The notes under the pieces: generated by a model
Seen by the model: only the letters and a program-made list of their open reading frames with translations
Told to the model about the DNA's origin: nothing
The model's database searches: none
Translations under genes and position numbers: made by a program
Shown: positions 1 to 10,992 of the stretch, piece by piece
Position numbering within the stretch: position 1 is the first letter of the stretch
Layout of the letters: the number at the start of each line of letters is the position of its first letter
NCBI GenBank assembly: GCA_030867685.1
Contig: JAQOWU010000008.1
Span: 1,302,001-1,366,000, forward strand
Reading direction: 5' to 3'
DNA from: Wickerhamiella versatilis
Taxonomy: Eukaryota
Length of the DNA stretch: 64,000 nt

Positions 1-1466
1 ATGGTGATCCGGTCCATATTAAATTCTGCGACTGTATCAGCAAGCACAGAGGTAAATTCCAGGAAAACAGAGCACCTTTCGTTAAGAACTAATATCCGTT
101 GATCAATTTCGAGATATTCCCTTATGGCTGCGTATAGTGGATAAAGGGAGGGCTCGCTAGTCCAGAAAAATTCAGGAGTATCCAGCACGTTCGAGCTTAG
201 GTTGACATCCACCCGAAGCTTGAACAATTTTCCACTGAATTGCAGCACTTGTTCTCGATTCAGTCCTAGACGACCTGTCAACGCCAGTATCTTTGGCAGA
301 TTCTTGACATCATGCATGTTGGTCTGCATACGATCTTCGAAGCCACAGAGTTTGGTTGACTGTGCAGCGGCATGAGACATGGCTAACTTGATCATATGGT
401 TATTATTTGTGAGCGTTATGATGTCATTAAACACATGAGGTTTCTCGTCATTTGTTGCGGCATAATGGAAGAGCAAGTTTTCAGTCTCGATATCTTGGTC
501 ACCACGAGGACGAATTGCAAGATTTTTACGACCTCCTATTGTCAAATCAGCCAATATCGACTTTTCTTGCTCTTCACTGAAATTCCAGAATACTATCACA
601 CCGTAGCTGAAGACAAATATTTCTGCATGCGACATATATTGCTGCAATTTTCGATCTCTTTTTGCGGCGCTTTTCTTGGCGTCCACATCATCTTCGCTCT
701 CTGAAGAAGTAGCTGCCATCGATTCCAAGGTCACAGAAGGCCGTGGACTGAAGTCTTGGGGCTCAGAAGGGTCAAATTCGTCGTCATTCATGCCACTTTG
801 GTGCTCATTAGATGACCCATCTAAACTGCTGAAATATTCATAATGGTGATCGCCTTGCTCGCTGATGTCTATCATCCGTTCCATACGTCGATTATCACCC
901 AACGAGCTCTGCGCACGGTATTGATACCCATCCCCCGGCTGCAATGGCAGGAGATAGTCTGCAAATAGTACCTCATCGTAAAGTCGTACACGTGCTTTAT
1001 GCCATTTCTTTAAATAATCTGCCACCTTTTCAAGGTGGTAGCCCTCAGCAATAAAATAAGATGTCACCCGCGGATATCTATCGATATCATTTTGGTCCAC
1101 ATTAGCTACAGAATGGTGTCCATACTCAAGGTCCGTATTAACCAGGGCCTTTCCACCAGTTTCCTTTGTTCGAAGACGTTGCTGGTCCTCATCTGGAATA
1201 AGCACAAGTCTTTGACTGTTTTTTGACGCACGGCTAGGCAAACCCTGGTACAGTCGGGGAACCGGCCTCACTTGCGGATTCTGTGGACGTGTGACACGCT
1301 GCCTCGCAGAGGGAATATCACTTGTATTCGATAAAACCTTATCAACAGAGACATTATCTAGACGCCGAACAAATGGTGCTGAATGCCCCCGCTGGTTTCG
1401 CACATCAGTGACTAAAATTGACGGGCTACGTTTCGAATTGGACGCATATCGCGGAGGAAGCGACAT
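1..1466 (-). CDS. RMD8: Rmd8/Sif2-like DUF155 (RMD1 family) protein, 3' end runs off the window
   Basis: Not in the ORF track (no stop in window). Hand translation from ATG 1466: MSLPPRYASNSKRSPSILVTD...SQRLVLIPD...YPRVTSYFIAEGY...FSYGVIVFWNF...KLAMSHAAAQSTKL...KLRVDVNLSSNVLDTPEFFW...EYLEIDQRILVLNERC, typical of Rmd1/Rmd8. Confidence 0.88.
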   Translation of the reverse strand, partial: MSLPPRYASNSKRSPSILVTDVRNQRGHSAPFVRRLDNVSVDKVLSNTSDIPSARQRVTRPQNPQVRPVPRLYQGLPSRASKNSQRLVLIPDEDQQRLRTKETGGKALVNTDLEYGHHSVANVDQNDIDRYPRVTSYFIAEGYHLEKVADYLKKWHKARVRLYDEVLFADYLLPLQPGDGYQYRAQSSLGDNRRMERMIDISEQGDHHYEYFSSLDGSSNEHQSGMNDDEFDPSEPQDFSPRPSVTLESMAATSSESEDDVDAKKSAAKRDRKLQQYMSHAEIFVFSYGVIVFWNFSEEQEKSILADLTIGGRKNLAIRPRGDQDIETENLLFHYAATNDEKPHVFNDIITLTNNNHMIKLAMSHAAAQSTKLCGFEDRMQTNMHDVKNLPKILALTGRLGLNREQVLQFSGKLFKLRVDVNLSSNVLDTPEFFWTSEPSLYPLYAAIREYLEIDQRILVLNERCSVFLEFTSVLADTVAEFNMDRIT

Positions 1467-1903
1467 GGAGAAGTTCGCCTTCGCCAAATTAGGTAATGAA
1501 GAATGATTTTCAGAAAGACATGGCACCGTTTTAGGCGGTAGTTGACCGGAACCATTGAAAATTCTCGGGTGCAAAGTCAATAAAAAAATTGCTATTAACA
1601 TCACACATTATAATTATAATTAATATTAATATAATTATTTCTTACAGCACCTGATCAGGTTAGGCGTAATTCTGTTGATGCAAGTAAGCTAAGGGTCAAG
1701 GGATACAAGTCTCTGTATTTTTTTGAAATATGGCTATTCAATTTCCCAATCAATGACTTTGAAAAGATGCCAATATCCTCCATGGCCTCTCGTAAATTAC
1801 TTAGAGAGCACAGGGAACTTGCTTAGTGTTACAACAGACTCCCTGGCTGCAGGAGATTTTTTACATAATCGAAGATTGACGCGTGACGTTGAAACCTCGA
1901 CAA

Positions 1904-3127
1904 ATGCACCGCCGGCTTCATTCAGGTTCACTCTTTCGTGGGAGGCGTAACCAGCGAAGAACAAACAGATTCAATCTTTTAGTTGCTGGAAATGGAGGCT
2001 CAGGAAAGTCCACATTTATCAACACCTTGTGCGGGCATGAGGTTGCCCCGACCTCTGAGTGGTTAGATGAGGACCCCGCCCGCGCTGCGGTTGAGCCTTC
2101 CCTACGTTTACAGGTTTATACCGAAGATATCGCGGACCCGGAACTGGGTAACCTCACGTTAAGGCTGGTGGAGACGTGCCACTTGGGTGATCGCTTCGAT
2201 AATTCTTCCTCTGTGGATGCCATACAAAGGTATGTGGAGACACAATTTGATGAAGTTCTTGCTGAGGAAAGCAGGATTAGACGAAACCCGCGATTCACTG
2301 ATAATCGTCTACACGCGTGTATTTATCTCATTGAGGCCACGGGGCATGGTTTGGGTGAACGCGATATTGAATTTATGAGCCGCCTGGGTGAGCTCGTTAA
2401 TGTTATTCCTGTTCTCGCCAAGAGTGATGCTCTTACCCAGCAGGAAAAATTAACGAATAAACGCCTTATTAGCGAGGACATTGAACGTTATCAGATCCCC
2501 ATCTTCCAGTTTGCGGACTTGAGTGATGGTGAAGAAGAAGATGAAACAGATGAAAATGCTGGGGTGGGCCGACGTGTGGTGCTTGATTCAGTACAGGAAG
2601 CCCTACCTTTCACAATTATCGGTTCTAACAACCATGTGACTACAAGCGGCGGCCACCAGGTGCTTGCTCGCAGTTATCCATGGGGTACGGTAGCTGTGGA
2701 TGACCCCCAGGCATCGGAATTTCCCGTTCTTCGAAACCTGCTCCTGGAAAGTCACATGGAGTATATGAAGGAGACAACTTACGATGTTTTGTACGAAAAC
2801 TACCGTACTCAGCGCCTTTCTCATGATACTCATGCGCTAAAACTAGCAAATGATGATGCGACGCTGTCATATGCGCGAGGAAGCGCAGTACCTCAGGCTA
2901 CTAGCACGACCTCTTCTGCCAACCCCGGGACACAGCAGCAACCAGCGTATGTTGCTCGTGAGAATAGACTAAGGGAAGAGGAAGAGCTTCTTCATCGTGA
3001 TGAGCGTTTGCTGCAGTCAGAGCTCGATCAAAGGAAGCTCGAACTTGCCCAGAGAGAGGCAGAGTTGCAGAAGCTGGAGGAACGTCTGAAACAGGAGGCC
3101 AGTGAGGCTCCTACCCCTATTGGTTGA
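1904..3127 (+). CDS. SHS1: Septin of the Cdc11/Shs1 group, probably Shs1 (407 aa)
   Basis: P-loop GNGGSGKST, EESRIRRNPRF, VNVIPVLAKSD, RSYPWG, C-terminal coiled coil. N-terminal LFR plus basic patch resembles Shs1, and it lies next to PTP1 (both in the same S. cerevisiae YDL22x-23x block). First ATG at 1904. Confidence 0.75.
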   Translation: MHRRLHSGSLFRGRRNQRRTNRFNLLVAGNGGSGKSTFINTLCGHEVAPTSEWLDEDPARAAVEPSLRLQVYTEDIADPELGNLTLRLVETCHLGDRFDNSSSVDAIQRYVETQFDEVLAEESRIRRNPRFTDNRLHACIYLIEATGHGLGERDIEFMSRLGELVNVIPVLAKSDALTQQEKLTNKRLISEDIERYQIPIFQFADLSDGEEEDETDENAGVGRRVVLDSVQEALPFTIIGSNNHVTTSGGHQVLARSYPWGTVAVDDPQASEFPVLRNLLLESHMEYMKETTYDVLYENYRTQRLSHDTHALKLANDDATLSYARGSAVPQATSTTSSANPGTQQQPAYVARENRLREEEELLHRDERLLQSELDQRKLELAQREAELQKLEERLKQEASEAPTPIG

Positions 3128-3669
3128 ATCTCATGAATTTTTAAAAGTTCTTTCGAGCCCAGACACATTTGCGGTCTGGAGGAGGAACGATTTTGGAATA
3201 TACTTAAAGTAATATATACTCTTGCAGGAGTTGTGAGGTTAAGACACTAATGTGCAGTTGTTGTGCGTGTTTTATCAGAGTAGCTTCAAGCACATTTTTT
3301 TCTATTATTTTCTTTTTCTTTACTCATGATAGGCTAGCAATTGTTAGCTAAGAGTAACACATAAATAGTGAAGACATACATACGCAACAACTTGCAAGTT
3401 ACTTTTCTTTCTATTAATTAGTACTATACTACAATAGCCACAGAAACTGAATTGGTTCGAATGACGGGTACCTAAACGGTTTAGTGTACCTTTCGCGTTC
3501 TGTGCGCTAGTTTAAGCATCTTCAGAGAGGATCTTAATAATACGACGTCCCGCGATGTATCGTGATCAGTCAGCGAATACCTGACTGAGATGTTTGATTA
3601 CAAACACCAAGACTCGAATCGTTAGTGGGTATTCCCACCCCCACCAGTGCTGAAAAGAGTCCATAATTT

Positions 3670-5469
3670 ATGGGCATTTTTCGAAGTCAAAGTAGCTTAA
3701 AAGCTAGTTCGGTCACTAGCAGAAAGTCATCAGTGCCCTCTTCCTCTACTCCTTCTGGGCCATCCTTGAATTACTTGCTGCCGGAAGACCCCTCTGGAAA
3801 ATCACAGGAGCGATGCCATTGCGTCGCTGATGTGTTATTAGAAAATCGTTATAACTTGTTGCGAGCCGAGGAGCATGCCAGGTTTGAAGGGAAGTGTGGC
3901 CCCTTATGGTCTCGCGAGGTAAGTGAAAGGCCAGAGAATGCTGATCGTAATAGATACGCATCGGTTAGGCCCTGGGATCATTCCCGTGTGATACTTCCGG
4001 TTGAAGATAGTGAAAATGACTATATAGATGCTTCGTGGATTCAGCTGGGTTCGCGGGTTTATATCGCCGCCCAAGGTCCTCTGCCGTCCACCGTTGGTGA
4101 TTTCTGGCACATGGTATATGCTTATGGTGGTGAGCCTTCCCTTATTGTCATGTTAACCCCTCTCTATGAGCATTCTATCGAGAAGTGTTCCAAATATTGG
4201 CCAGATTCCAAAAATGAGCCTAGAGTGATACATGCTGAGCGCGGTTTCCATTTTGGATTTGGTATACATCTTGTTGGGTCTAAAGAGTATGAAAATTATA
4301 CATGGTCCACATTGCGCATTGTTCCAAGCGATGTATCCCGTCCCACCCGTACAGTGAATCATGTTTATTATCATTCTTGGTTGGACTACTCGAAACCCAA
4401 TGCAAATTCCGATCTCCATTCCCTAATTCACTTTCTTAACAATGATTTGAGGAATCAGGGCGCTCCTCCAATTGTGCATTGTTCTGCCGGGATCGGAAGG
4501 ACAGGTACCTTTATTGCCACCGATGCGTTGATGGCTAAAGTTGATATAAGCATCGAGCCATGCTACGGACCGGAAAATGGACCTGTTTGGCGTTGTCCAC
4601 CAAGTCAATTTGCATACCGGCCGACGCTTTTTAGCAATCATGAAGACAGCCGTCGTGGTTCGTCTGCTCCTGGAAGTCCGAACACCGTCAATATGCTGTC
4701 TAAGTATGACTTATCGTCCACAAAAAGCTTGAAAAGTCAATCGTGTGTATCTGTCAAGTCAAATGACAATGATAATGAGGCTGGTGACATACCTACGACC
4801 AAGAGGCCAGTGCCTAAGAGGTCCGCTGTGAGAAAAAGTGCACTTTCAGAAGCTATCAAACGGTCAGAGCCAGATGCCCAAGCTCTACAGGAACTAGTTG
4901 AAGATCAAGAATCTTGTGACTGTGATGCGCCATCACAAAGTAAGGCCAGGAAAGCGACAAACACCGAGCCATCTACAGAAAGTGGCGTAGAAGAGAGTAA
5001 TACACGGCCATCTGCCGTATCAGCGCTGCGTGGCCCTCCAATCAAGCACATAAAGGCTCGCACGGTAGAGGTTCCACCAGAAGAGCTTAGAGAGACCCCT
5101 GAGACTATTGATGTGAACAAGTGGTTTGATCCGTCCGATCCAGTTATGTCTTGTGTTCGTTGTATGCGAAAGCAAAGACCGAAGATGGTTCAAGGTAAAG
5201 AACAACTGGGCTATATTTATGATCAATTTGAAGTCTCCCTACAGTTATCCCGTGTTTCCAATGATAATAATAATGGCACCAAAAGTGGAGCCGCCTCTCT
5301 CAAAACCGCGGTTGCTGAATCGGGACCACAAAGCGTTTCGAGTAACAGTTCAGACATTTCATCTCGTTCCCAGTCAAAGAAGCAGGGTCTAAAGAACTTC
5401 TTGTTCCACGGAAGTTTTAGTTCTGTTAGAAGTACACACAGACGCGGCAGTACAGTTTCGAATCGATAG
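3670..5469 (+). CDS. PTP1: Protein tyrosine phosphatase Ptp1-like (599 aa)
   Basis: NRY, DYIDAS, YIAAQGP, KCSKYWP, WLD loop, VHCSAGIGRTGTF, Q-loop RKQRPKMVQ...EQLGYIY. Confidence 0.88.
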   Translation: MGIFRSQSSLKASSVTSRKSSVPSSSTPSGPSLNYLLPEDPSGKSQERCHCVADVLLENRYNLLRAEEHARFEGKCGPLWSREVSERPENADRNRYASVRPWDHSRVILPVEDSENDYIDASWIQLGSRVYIAAQGPLPSTVGDFWHMVYAYGGEPSLIVMLTPLYEHSIEKCSKYWPDSKNEPRVIHAERGFHFGFGIHLVGSKEYENYTWSTLRIVPSDVSRPTRTVNHVYYHSWLDYSKPNANSDLHSLIHFLNNDLRNQGAPPIVHCSAGIGRTGTFIATDALMAKVDISIEPCYGPENGPVWRCPPSQFAYRPTLFSNHEDSRRGSSAPGSPNTVNMLSKYDLSSTKSLKSQSCVSVKSNDNDNEAGDIPTTKRPVPKRSAVRKSALSEAIKRSEPDAQALQELVEDQESCDCDAPSQSKARKATNTEPSTESGVEESNTRPSAVSALRGPPIKHIKARTVEVPPEELRETPETIDVNKWFDPSDPVMSCVRCMRKQRPKMVQGKEQLGYIYDQFEVSLQLSRVSNDNNNGTKSGAASLKTAVAESGPQSVSSNSSDISSRSQSKKQGLKNFLFHGSFSSVRSTHRRGSTVSNR

Positions 5470-5713
5470 CCTTTATGCCTACTTTGATAAAGAATAATTT
5501 AAACTGCATAGTACCTGAATCACAGATTTCCTTTTCGTTGGACATGTGGTACCACGAAATATTTATGTGTACAGTGCAAAATCAATGCTTAAAGGACCGT
5601 CTTGCTTTTCTGTTCTCACTGACTCACTAAACATATCCCTAAACTGAAAGCAGCAATGGGTTTATAAATGACTGCTAAAACTAATTCATAATACGACAAA
5701 ATTTAGAAAAAAA

Positions 5714-8290
5714 CTAACCAGAGCACATCTCACACGCACCTGGGTTATTGATTGAGCATTGAATAACCTCGTCAGAAAAGATATCATAATCACCCTTACG
5801 CACACCAGAAGTATCTTGCTCGACGCTTGTGTCTGGGGTTGCTTCAACCTTTGGCGACACAGAACGTGAGGTCTCTACCGATACAGAAGACAGGTCCTGC
5901 TGCTCAGTCGTCATATGCGCCATGCGATTAGTGACATCATCAAGAGACGAACGTGGGACGTACTTCTTACGATAGAGAGGCTTAATCTGAGCATGACCAT
6001 CAGCATTAGCCACGCGTTCCTGATCAACAGTGAATTGAATAGGGGCAGATGCAGCCTGAGTACGTAGGTAATACATACCTGTCTTCAATCCCTTTGACCA
6101 TCCATAGAAGTGCATCGACGTAAGTTTTCCAATGGTCGGTGCTTGCATATGAATGTTAAGACTCTGTGACTGGTCAATATATGGGGCTCGCTCTGCTGCC
6201 ATATCAATAATAGCCTTCTGGCTGATCTCCCAGACCGTCTTGTAAAGCTGTTTCATGTCATCGGGGATATTCCTGAGATTTTGAATTGAACCACCCTCAG
6301 CAATTAGGCGATTTTTCATGTCTTCATTCCACAAACCCATGTCAACTAGATCTTTCAAAAGGTAGGGGTTCACGATTTGGAACTCTCCTGCAAGCACACG
6401 ACGAGAATAAAGATTAGAGGTATAGGGCTCAAAACATTCATTAAATCCCAATATCTGTGACGTAGACGCAGTTGGCATCGGAGCCACAAGTAGTGAGTTA
6501 CGCAAACCATACTTAGCCAATTTCTCCTTTAGTTCATCCCAGTTCCATAAATCAGTAGGCTCACGACCCCATAGGTCAAATTGCAATAAACCCTTGGAAG
6601 CAGGGCTACCTTCGTAAGTTTCGTAAGGACCAAACTCCCTCGCCAATTCAACACTTGACTCGAGTGCGGCGTGATAAATTGTTTCGAATATCTGGATGTT
6701 CAGCTGTCGAGCCTCAGGGCTGTCAAATGGAAGGCGTAACTCAAAGAAAGTGTCGGCCAACCCTTGAACACCTAGTGCAATTGGACGGTTCTTCATGTTT
6801 GAACGCCTAGCTTCCTCCACAGGATAGTAGTTACGATCAATAACTCGGTTGAGATTCCGTGTGATGATTTTGGCCACATCATGAAGTTTTTGGAAGTCAT
6901 ACCAGATTCCATCACCAGTAGCTTCTACGAAACGCGGCAAGGCCAGAGAGGCAAGATTGCACACTGCAGTCTCCTCTGGGGACGAGTACTCAACGATCTC
7001 GCAGCAAAGGTTTGATGACTTGATCGTACCAAGGTTTTGCTGATTAGATTTGCGGTTGCAGGCATCCTTATACAGCATAAATGGGGTTCCAGTCTCAGTT
7101 TGAGCCTCTATAATGGAATACCATAGCTTCTGAGCTTTAATGGTGCGACGACCTCTGCCCTCCTTTTCATATGTCGTATAAAGTTTTTCGAACTCCTCAC
7201 CGTAAACATCAGAGAGACCTGGGCACTCATTGGGACACATTAGAGTCCAGTCCCCATTATCTTTCACCCGCTGCATAAATAAGTCGGGAATCCAAAGTGC
7301 AACGAAAATATCACGGGCACGAATCTCTTCCTTACCATGATTCTTGCGCACATCAATGGTATCAAAAATATCATCATGCCACGGCTCAATATACATCGCA
7401 AAGGCACCAGGTCGCTTGTTACCACCCTGGTCAACATAGCGAGCAGTATTATTGTAGACACGCAACATGGGAATAAGCCCATTGGAAGTACCATTTGTAC
7501 CAGCGATGTAAGAGCCCGTGGCACGAATGTTGTGAATACTGAGGCCAATTCCTCCGGCATTCTTTGAAATCAAGGCACATTCCTTGAGCGTATCATAGAT
7601 ACCATCAATACTATCATCCTTCATCGTTACCAAGAAGCAGGAAGACATTTGTGGCTTTGGAGTTCCTGCATTGTAGAGGGTTGGACTGGCATGAATGAAG
7701 TATTTTTGTGACATCCATTGGTAGGTTTCGAGAACAGCTGGGATATCCTCGCCATGGATACCCACGGCAACTCTCATTATCATGTGCTGAGGTCTTTCCC
7801 ATACCTTACCATTATACTTCAGCAGGTATGATCGCTCCAATGTCTTGAATCCGAAGAAATTGAAATTGAAGTCTCGATCATACACTATTGCCGAGTTTAG
7901 TTCCTCAGCGTGCTTCACGACAGTGCCATAGAGCTCCTCCGATATCATTGGACTATGCCGACGGTTTCGCGGATTAACGTATTCATAAAGATCTTTCATA
8001 ACCTCGCTAAATTGCTTTTTCGTCTGCTTGTGCAGGTTCGAAACCGCGATACGAGCTGCAAGAACGGCATAATCAGGGTGAACGGTAGTCATATAAGCAG
8101 CAGTTTCGGCAGCTAGGTTGTCTAGTTCAACTGTGGATACTCCGTTGTAAACGCCAGAAATCACACGCTGGGTGATCGCGACTGCGTCAATATGATAAGG
8201 GTCGAGCCCATAGCACAGTCGCCTCACACGAGATGTGATTTTGTCGAACTGAACTGGTTCTGACCGTCCGTCACGCTTGAATACTCGCAT
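5714..8290 (-). CDS. RNR1: Ribonucleotide reductase large subunit (858 aa)
   Basis: ATP cone [40 protein letters not shown]-terminal CEMCSG. ATG at 8290. Confidence 0.97.
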   Translation of the reverse strand: MRVFKRDGRSEPVQFDKITSRVRRLCYGLDPYHIDAVAITQRVISGVYNGVSTVELDNLAAETAAYMTTVHPDYAVLAARIAVSNLHKQTKKQFSEVMKDLYEYVNPRNRRHSPMISEELYGTVVKHAEELNSAIVYDRDFNFNFFGFKTLERSYLLKYNGKVWERPQHMIMRVAVGIHGEDIPAVLETYQWMSQKYFIHASPTLYNAGTPKPQMSSCFLVTMKDDSIDGIYDTLKECALISKNAGGIGLSIHNIRATGSYIAGTNGTSNGLIPMLRVYNNTARYVDQGGNKRPGAFAMYIEPWHDDIFDTIDVRKNHGKEEIRARDIFVALWIPDLFMQRVKDNGDWTLMCPNECPGLSDVYGEEFEKLYTTYEKEGRGRRTIKAQKLWYSIIEAQTETGTPFMLYKDACNRKSNQQNLGTIKSSNLCCEIVEYSSPEETAVCNLASLALPRFVEATGDGIWYDFQKLHDVAKIITRNLNRVIDRNYYPVEEARRSNMKNRPIALGVQGLADTFFELRLPFDSPEARQLNIQIFETIYHAALESSVELAREFGPYETYEGSPASKGLLQFDLWGREPTDLWNWDELKEKLAKYGLRNSLLVAPMPTASTSQILGFNECFEPYTSNLYSRRVLAGEFQIVNPYLLKDLVDMGLWNEDMKNRLIAEGGSIQNLRNIPDDMKQLYKTVWEISQKAIIDMAAERAPYIDQSQSLNIHMQAPTIGKLTSMHFYGWSKGLKTGMYYLRTQAASAPIQFTVDQERVANADGHAQIKPLYRKKYVPRSSLDDVTNRMAHMTTEQQDLSSVSVETSRSVSPKVEATPDTSVEQDTSGVRKGDYDIFSDEVIQCSINNPGACEMCSG

Positions 8291-8324
8291 TCGGCGTTCT
8301 GTGTAGAGGTGGTGATGGGAGAAC

Positions 8325-8335
8325 ACGCGACGCGA
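8325..8335. promoter_or_regulatory. Tandem MCB-like elements (ACGCGA x2) just upstream of RNR1
   Basis: acgcgacgcga lies 35-45 bp upstream of the RNR1 ATG, next to a minus-strand TATATAAA. RNR1 is a classical MBF target. Confidence 0.5.
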
Positions 8336-8902
8336 CTTTATATAATTGGCGTGTCTCGCCCAAGCCCTAAATTCCCTTGGGCTTGGGAAGGCGATTTGAG
8401 GTCCATATTGCTCATTAATTAGTGTTTAGCGTCTACGATCTCATTAATTTACACTTGCACTCTACGAGAGGACCGTGAATTGCAAGCGGTGGCAAATTCG
8501 GTGATATACACGTCTTCAATTAAAACGCGAATTTACTTAATCATCGCAGACTCATCATTTTTGAATCAGCATTATAATTGCAAATGGTTTGTGCAAAGCA
8601 TGTGTGTGTTACGGATAGTAAGATAAATAGAAAAAACAAATAGACAAGCAAATGAATATGTGATGGTCGAGCGTAATATTTCTTTTATTCTTCTCAGTAC
8701 CAGCCTCGAGTGCACCGGGGCTTTAGCATCAATAGGCTTCTTAATTCTGTCTTGCTGAATAGACTAGCCATACTGCAATTGCCGGCTCGATTGCCAGAGG
8801 AAAATATCATAAAAGTTGTAGAATCGATGACTACTCGCTTACAGGAACCTCATACATACAAGATTCAAGCGATTCGCGCTACCCAAGTGTTCAAGTCATA
8901 AT

Positions 8903-10789
8903 ATGGCAGATCATGAGGTGGATTCTCAATCAAGTAGCTCTGATGGTGAATCTGTAGGGCCTGAGAATAGAAGGGTGCCTGTGCAGGCTACCTCTAAGTT
9001 GTACGGTGGAGGTAATCAGACCATCGTTGAGACCTTGGAACCAGCGAGCGACCTGGGAAATGATGCTGACTCTATGGAGCTAGACTCATCTCAGCGTCAA
9101 GAATTGATCAATGATATCAATGAGAATAGCAAGTTTGTTGCCGTGAAGGAGGTTCTTGCTGCAAGGCGCCGCCAATTAGAAGAGATTTTGAAACTTCGAG
9201 CAAAAGAAGAAAGATTACTTGTGGAAGAACTCAAATACCAGAGACAATTTAATAATAAACAGGCTCGTGCATTGTTCGAGATTTCGCAGCTGAGAAGTAA
9301 CTCATCTGGCCGTTTCACGATTGCTGAAACTATTCTGATGCTTCGAATATTGCGCCAATGGGGCGGTCATCGTAAACAGAAAGACATAGGAGATACTATT
9401 TTTGATGGTCTAAAGGAGTGCGGCTGGCAGATTTCTGAACTAGATCCTGATGAAGAATCGTTACGCGTACGCGTTGTCAAGCGCCTTGCAAGGGTATCTC
9501 AGCAGAGTAAAGACAGAATATTGGAACTAGGCTCGGTTGGCCATGTAAACTATCCTTGGGATGCGGAATTTTATGAGCGCGTTGAGAAATTGGTTGACGA
9601 TAAATTGCGTTCTGCAAATCCTATCTCACGACACATATCGAAGCCTGTAACAGATAGGAGAACACTTGCAAATAATTTGAAGCGTATTGCATATCAACCA
9701 GCAGAGCTACAGATGTTCCAGAACTGGATTGTGTCACTAAAACTTCAAGTAATCGAGAGAAAGGTTCGAAAAGCGTACAGCGAGCATCATAATGTCCGCA
9801 AACCCTCAGATGTCATAAAGAAAGTCAAATTTATGGCAGAGGATATGAAGGCTGGTCGAGGCTATCCTAGTAAACTTATCGCACCACAACCCGATACGCA
9901 TTTTGATAGGGACTGTGAAGGTCTAATTGCCCAAGGTCCTATTCCTGTAGCAATCTATGATCAATTTTATCAGTGTTTAGACTCTCTTGTTGAGAGTCGC
10001 ACTATAGAAAATCAAACCACAACTAATTTGAATCCGCCTTTGTCGGATGGAAGTTCAATTGTTAGTTATGATTCTTCAGATGAGAACGAGATGGCAGTTG
10101 AGTCCTCACATGGCCATGAGCATTCAGTGATTGGAAACAGCGAAGAACATTCCGATGATGCTGGTGATCTTCCTGTTTCGCAGAAAGCGATAAAAGATAT
10201 GAGGACGCTGTTCACAGAAGCATACCTGCGTCTAGATGATTTTTACGATAGTATTTCTGCCGTAATTTCGCGGAATGATGGGGTATCTAACCCCGCCGTT
10301 AGTGATTGTGGAACCTTTTCTCTTGCATTGCAGGGTCTGGCACAAGAAATGATAGGCCAATTTGTGGTAGATCTGCCAGTAAACCCAGACAGTGTTTGCG
10401 ATAACACTTTCCTGAACCGAATAAAAACCCAACTTACTATGAAAGCTAATCAACTGAGGAATAAAATTGAGAATATGCTTGTTGAAGAGGATGAGTCTGC
10501 ATGCCCGTCAAGCGATCGACACGATAGTAGCCCTGGCAATCAATCTAATGAGCTAGACTCGATAAGGGAAACCTATACGTCAGTTGTTGAAGAGTCATTC
10601 GAAAATGGGAATAATGAGGAGATATCCGAAAATCCGAACAAACGCCCTGCGGAGACAACCGAGATTACCCCACATCGACAAAACAAAACCAAGCGTACAT
10701 TACGCTCACCTCGTACCCCTGAGGACCGTGCAATTGAAAGAGAAGCAATGGCGTTTAGCGGAAATTCGATTCCACGTCTGGGAAGGTAA
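8903..10789 (+). CDS. Hypothetical protein, 628 aa; coiled coil, possible Myb/SANT-like segments, basic C-terminus
   Basis: Long ATG-initiated ORF; no family recognised. Confidence 0.75.
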   Translation: MADHEVDSQSSSSDGESVGPENRRVPVQATSKLYGGGNQTIVETLEPASDLGNDADSMELDSSQRQELINDINENSKFVAVKEVLAARRRQLEEILKLRAKEERLLVEELKYQRQFNNKQARALFEISQLRSNSSGRFTIAETILMLRILRQWGGHRKQKDIGDTIFDGLKECGWQISELDPDEESLRVRVVKRLARVSQQSKDRILELGSVGHVNYPWDAEFYERVEKLVDDKLRSANPISRHISKPVTDRRTLANNLKRIAYQPAELQMFQNWIVSLKLQVIERKVRKAYSEHHNVRKPSDVIKKVKFMAEDMKAGRGYPSKLIAPQPDTHFDRDCEGLIAQGPIPVAIYDQFYQCLDSLVESRTIENQTTTNLNPPLSDGSSIVSYDSSDENEMAVESSHGHEHSVIGNSEEHSDDAGDLPVSQKAIKDMRTLFTEAYLRLDDFYDSISAVISRNDGVSNPAVSDCGTFSLALQGLAQEMIGQFVVDLPVNPDSVCDNTFLNRIKTQLTMKANQLRNKIENMLVEEDESACPSSDRHDSSPGNQSNELDSIRETYTSVVEESFENGNNEEISENPNKRPAETTEITPHRQNKTKRTLRSPRTPEDRAIEREAMAFSGNSIPRLGR

Positions 10790-10992
10790 TGTCCATTTTT
10801 TTTTATGTTTCGAATATTTTTTTGTCTATTACTAGAAAGGTAGCATCATTTTCATGACAGTCTATATAGCTACTTTATTTCTAAGAAGCTGTCAACTCAA
10901 CCTTAAATGTGCTTTAGCTTTTGACCAAGGTTAGGCATCACAAACTATATGGTATTATATTAAGCAAATGGGTGCGTACAAAATATATACAA

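Noticed and set aside
396-1506. Short plus-strand ORFs at the window start
   Set aside because: Antisense to RMD8.
3919-3953. GTAAGT...TGCTGAT...TAG possible intron in PTP1
   Set aside because: 35 nt, frameshifting, and would destroy the conserved NRY motif.
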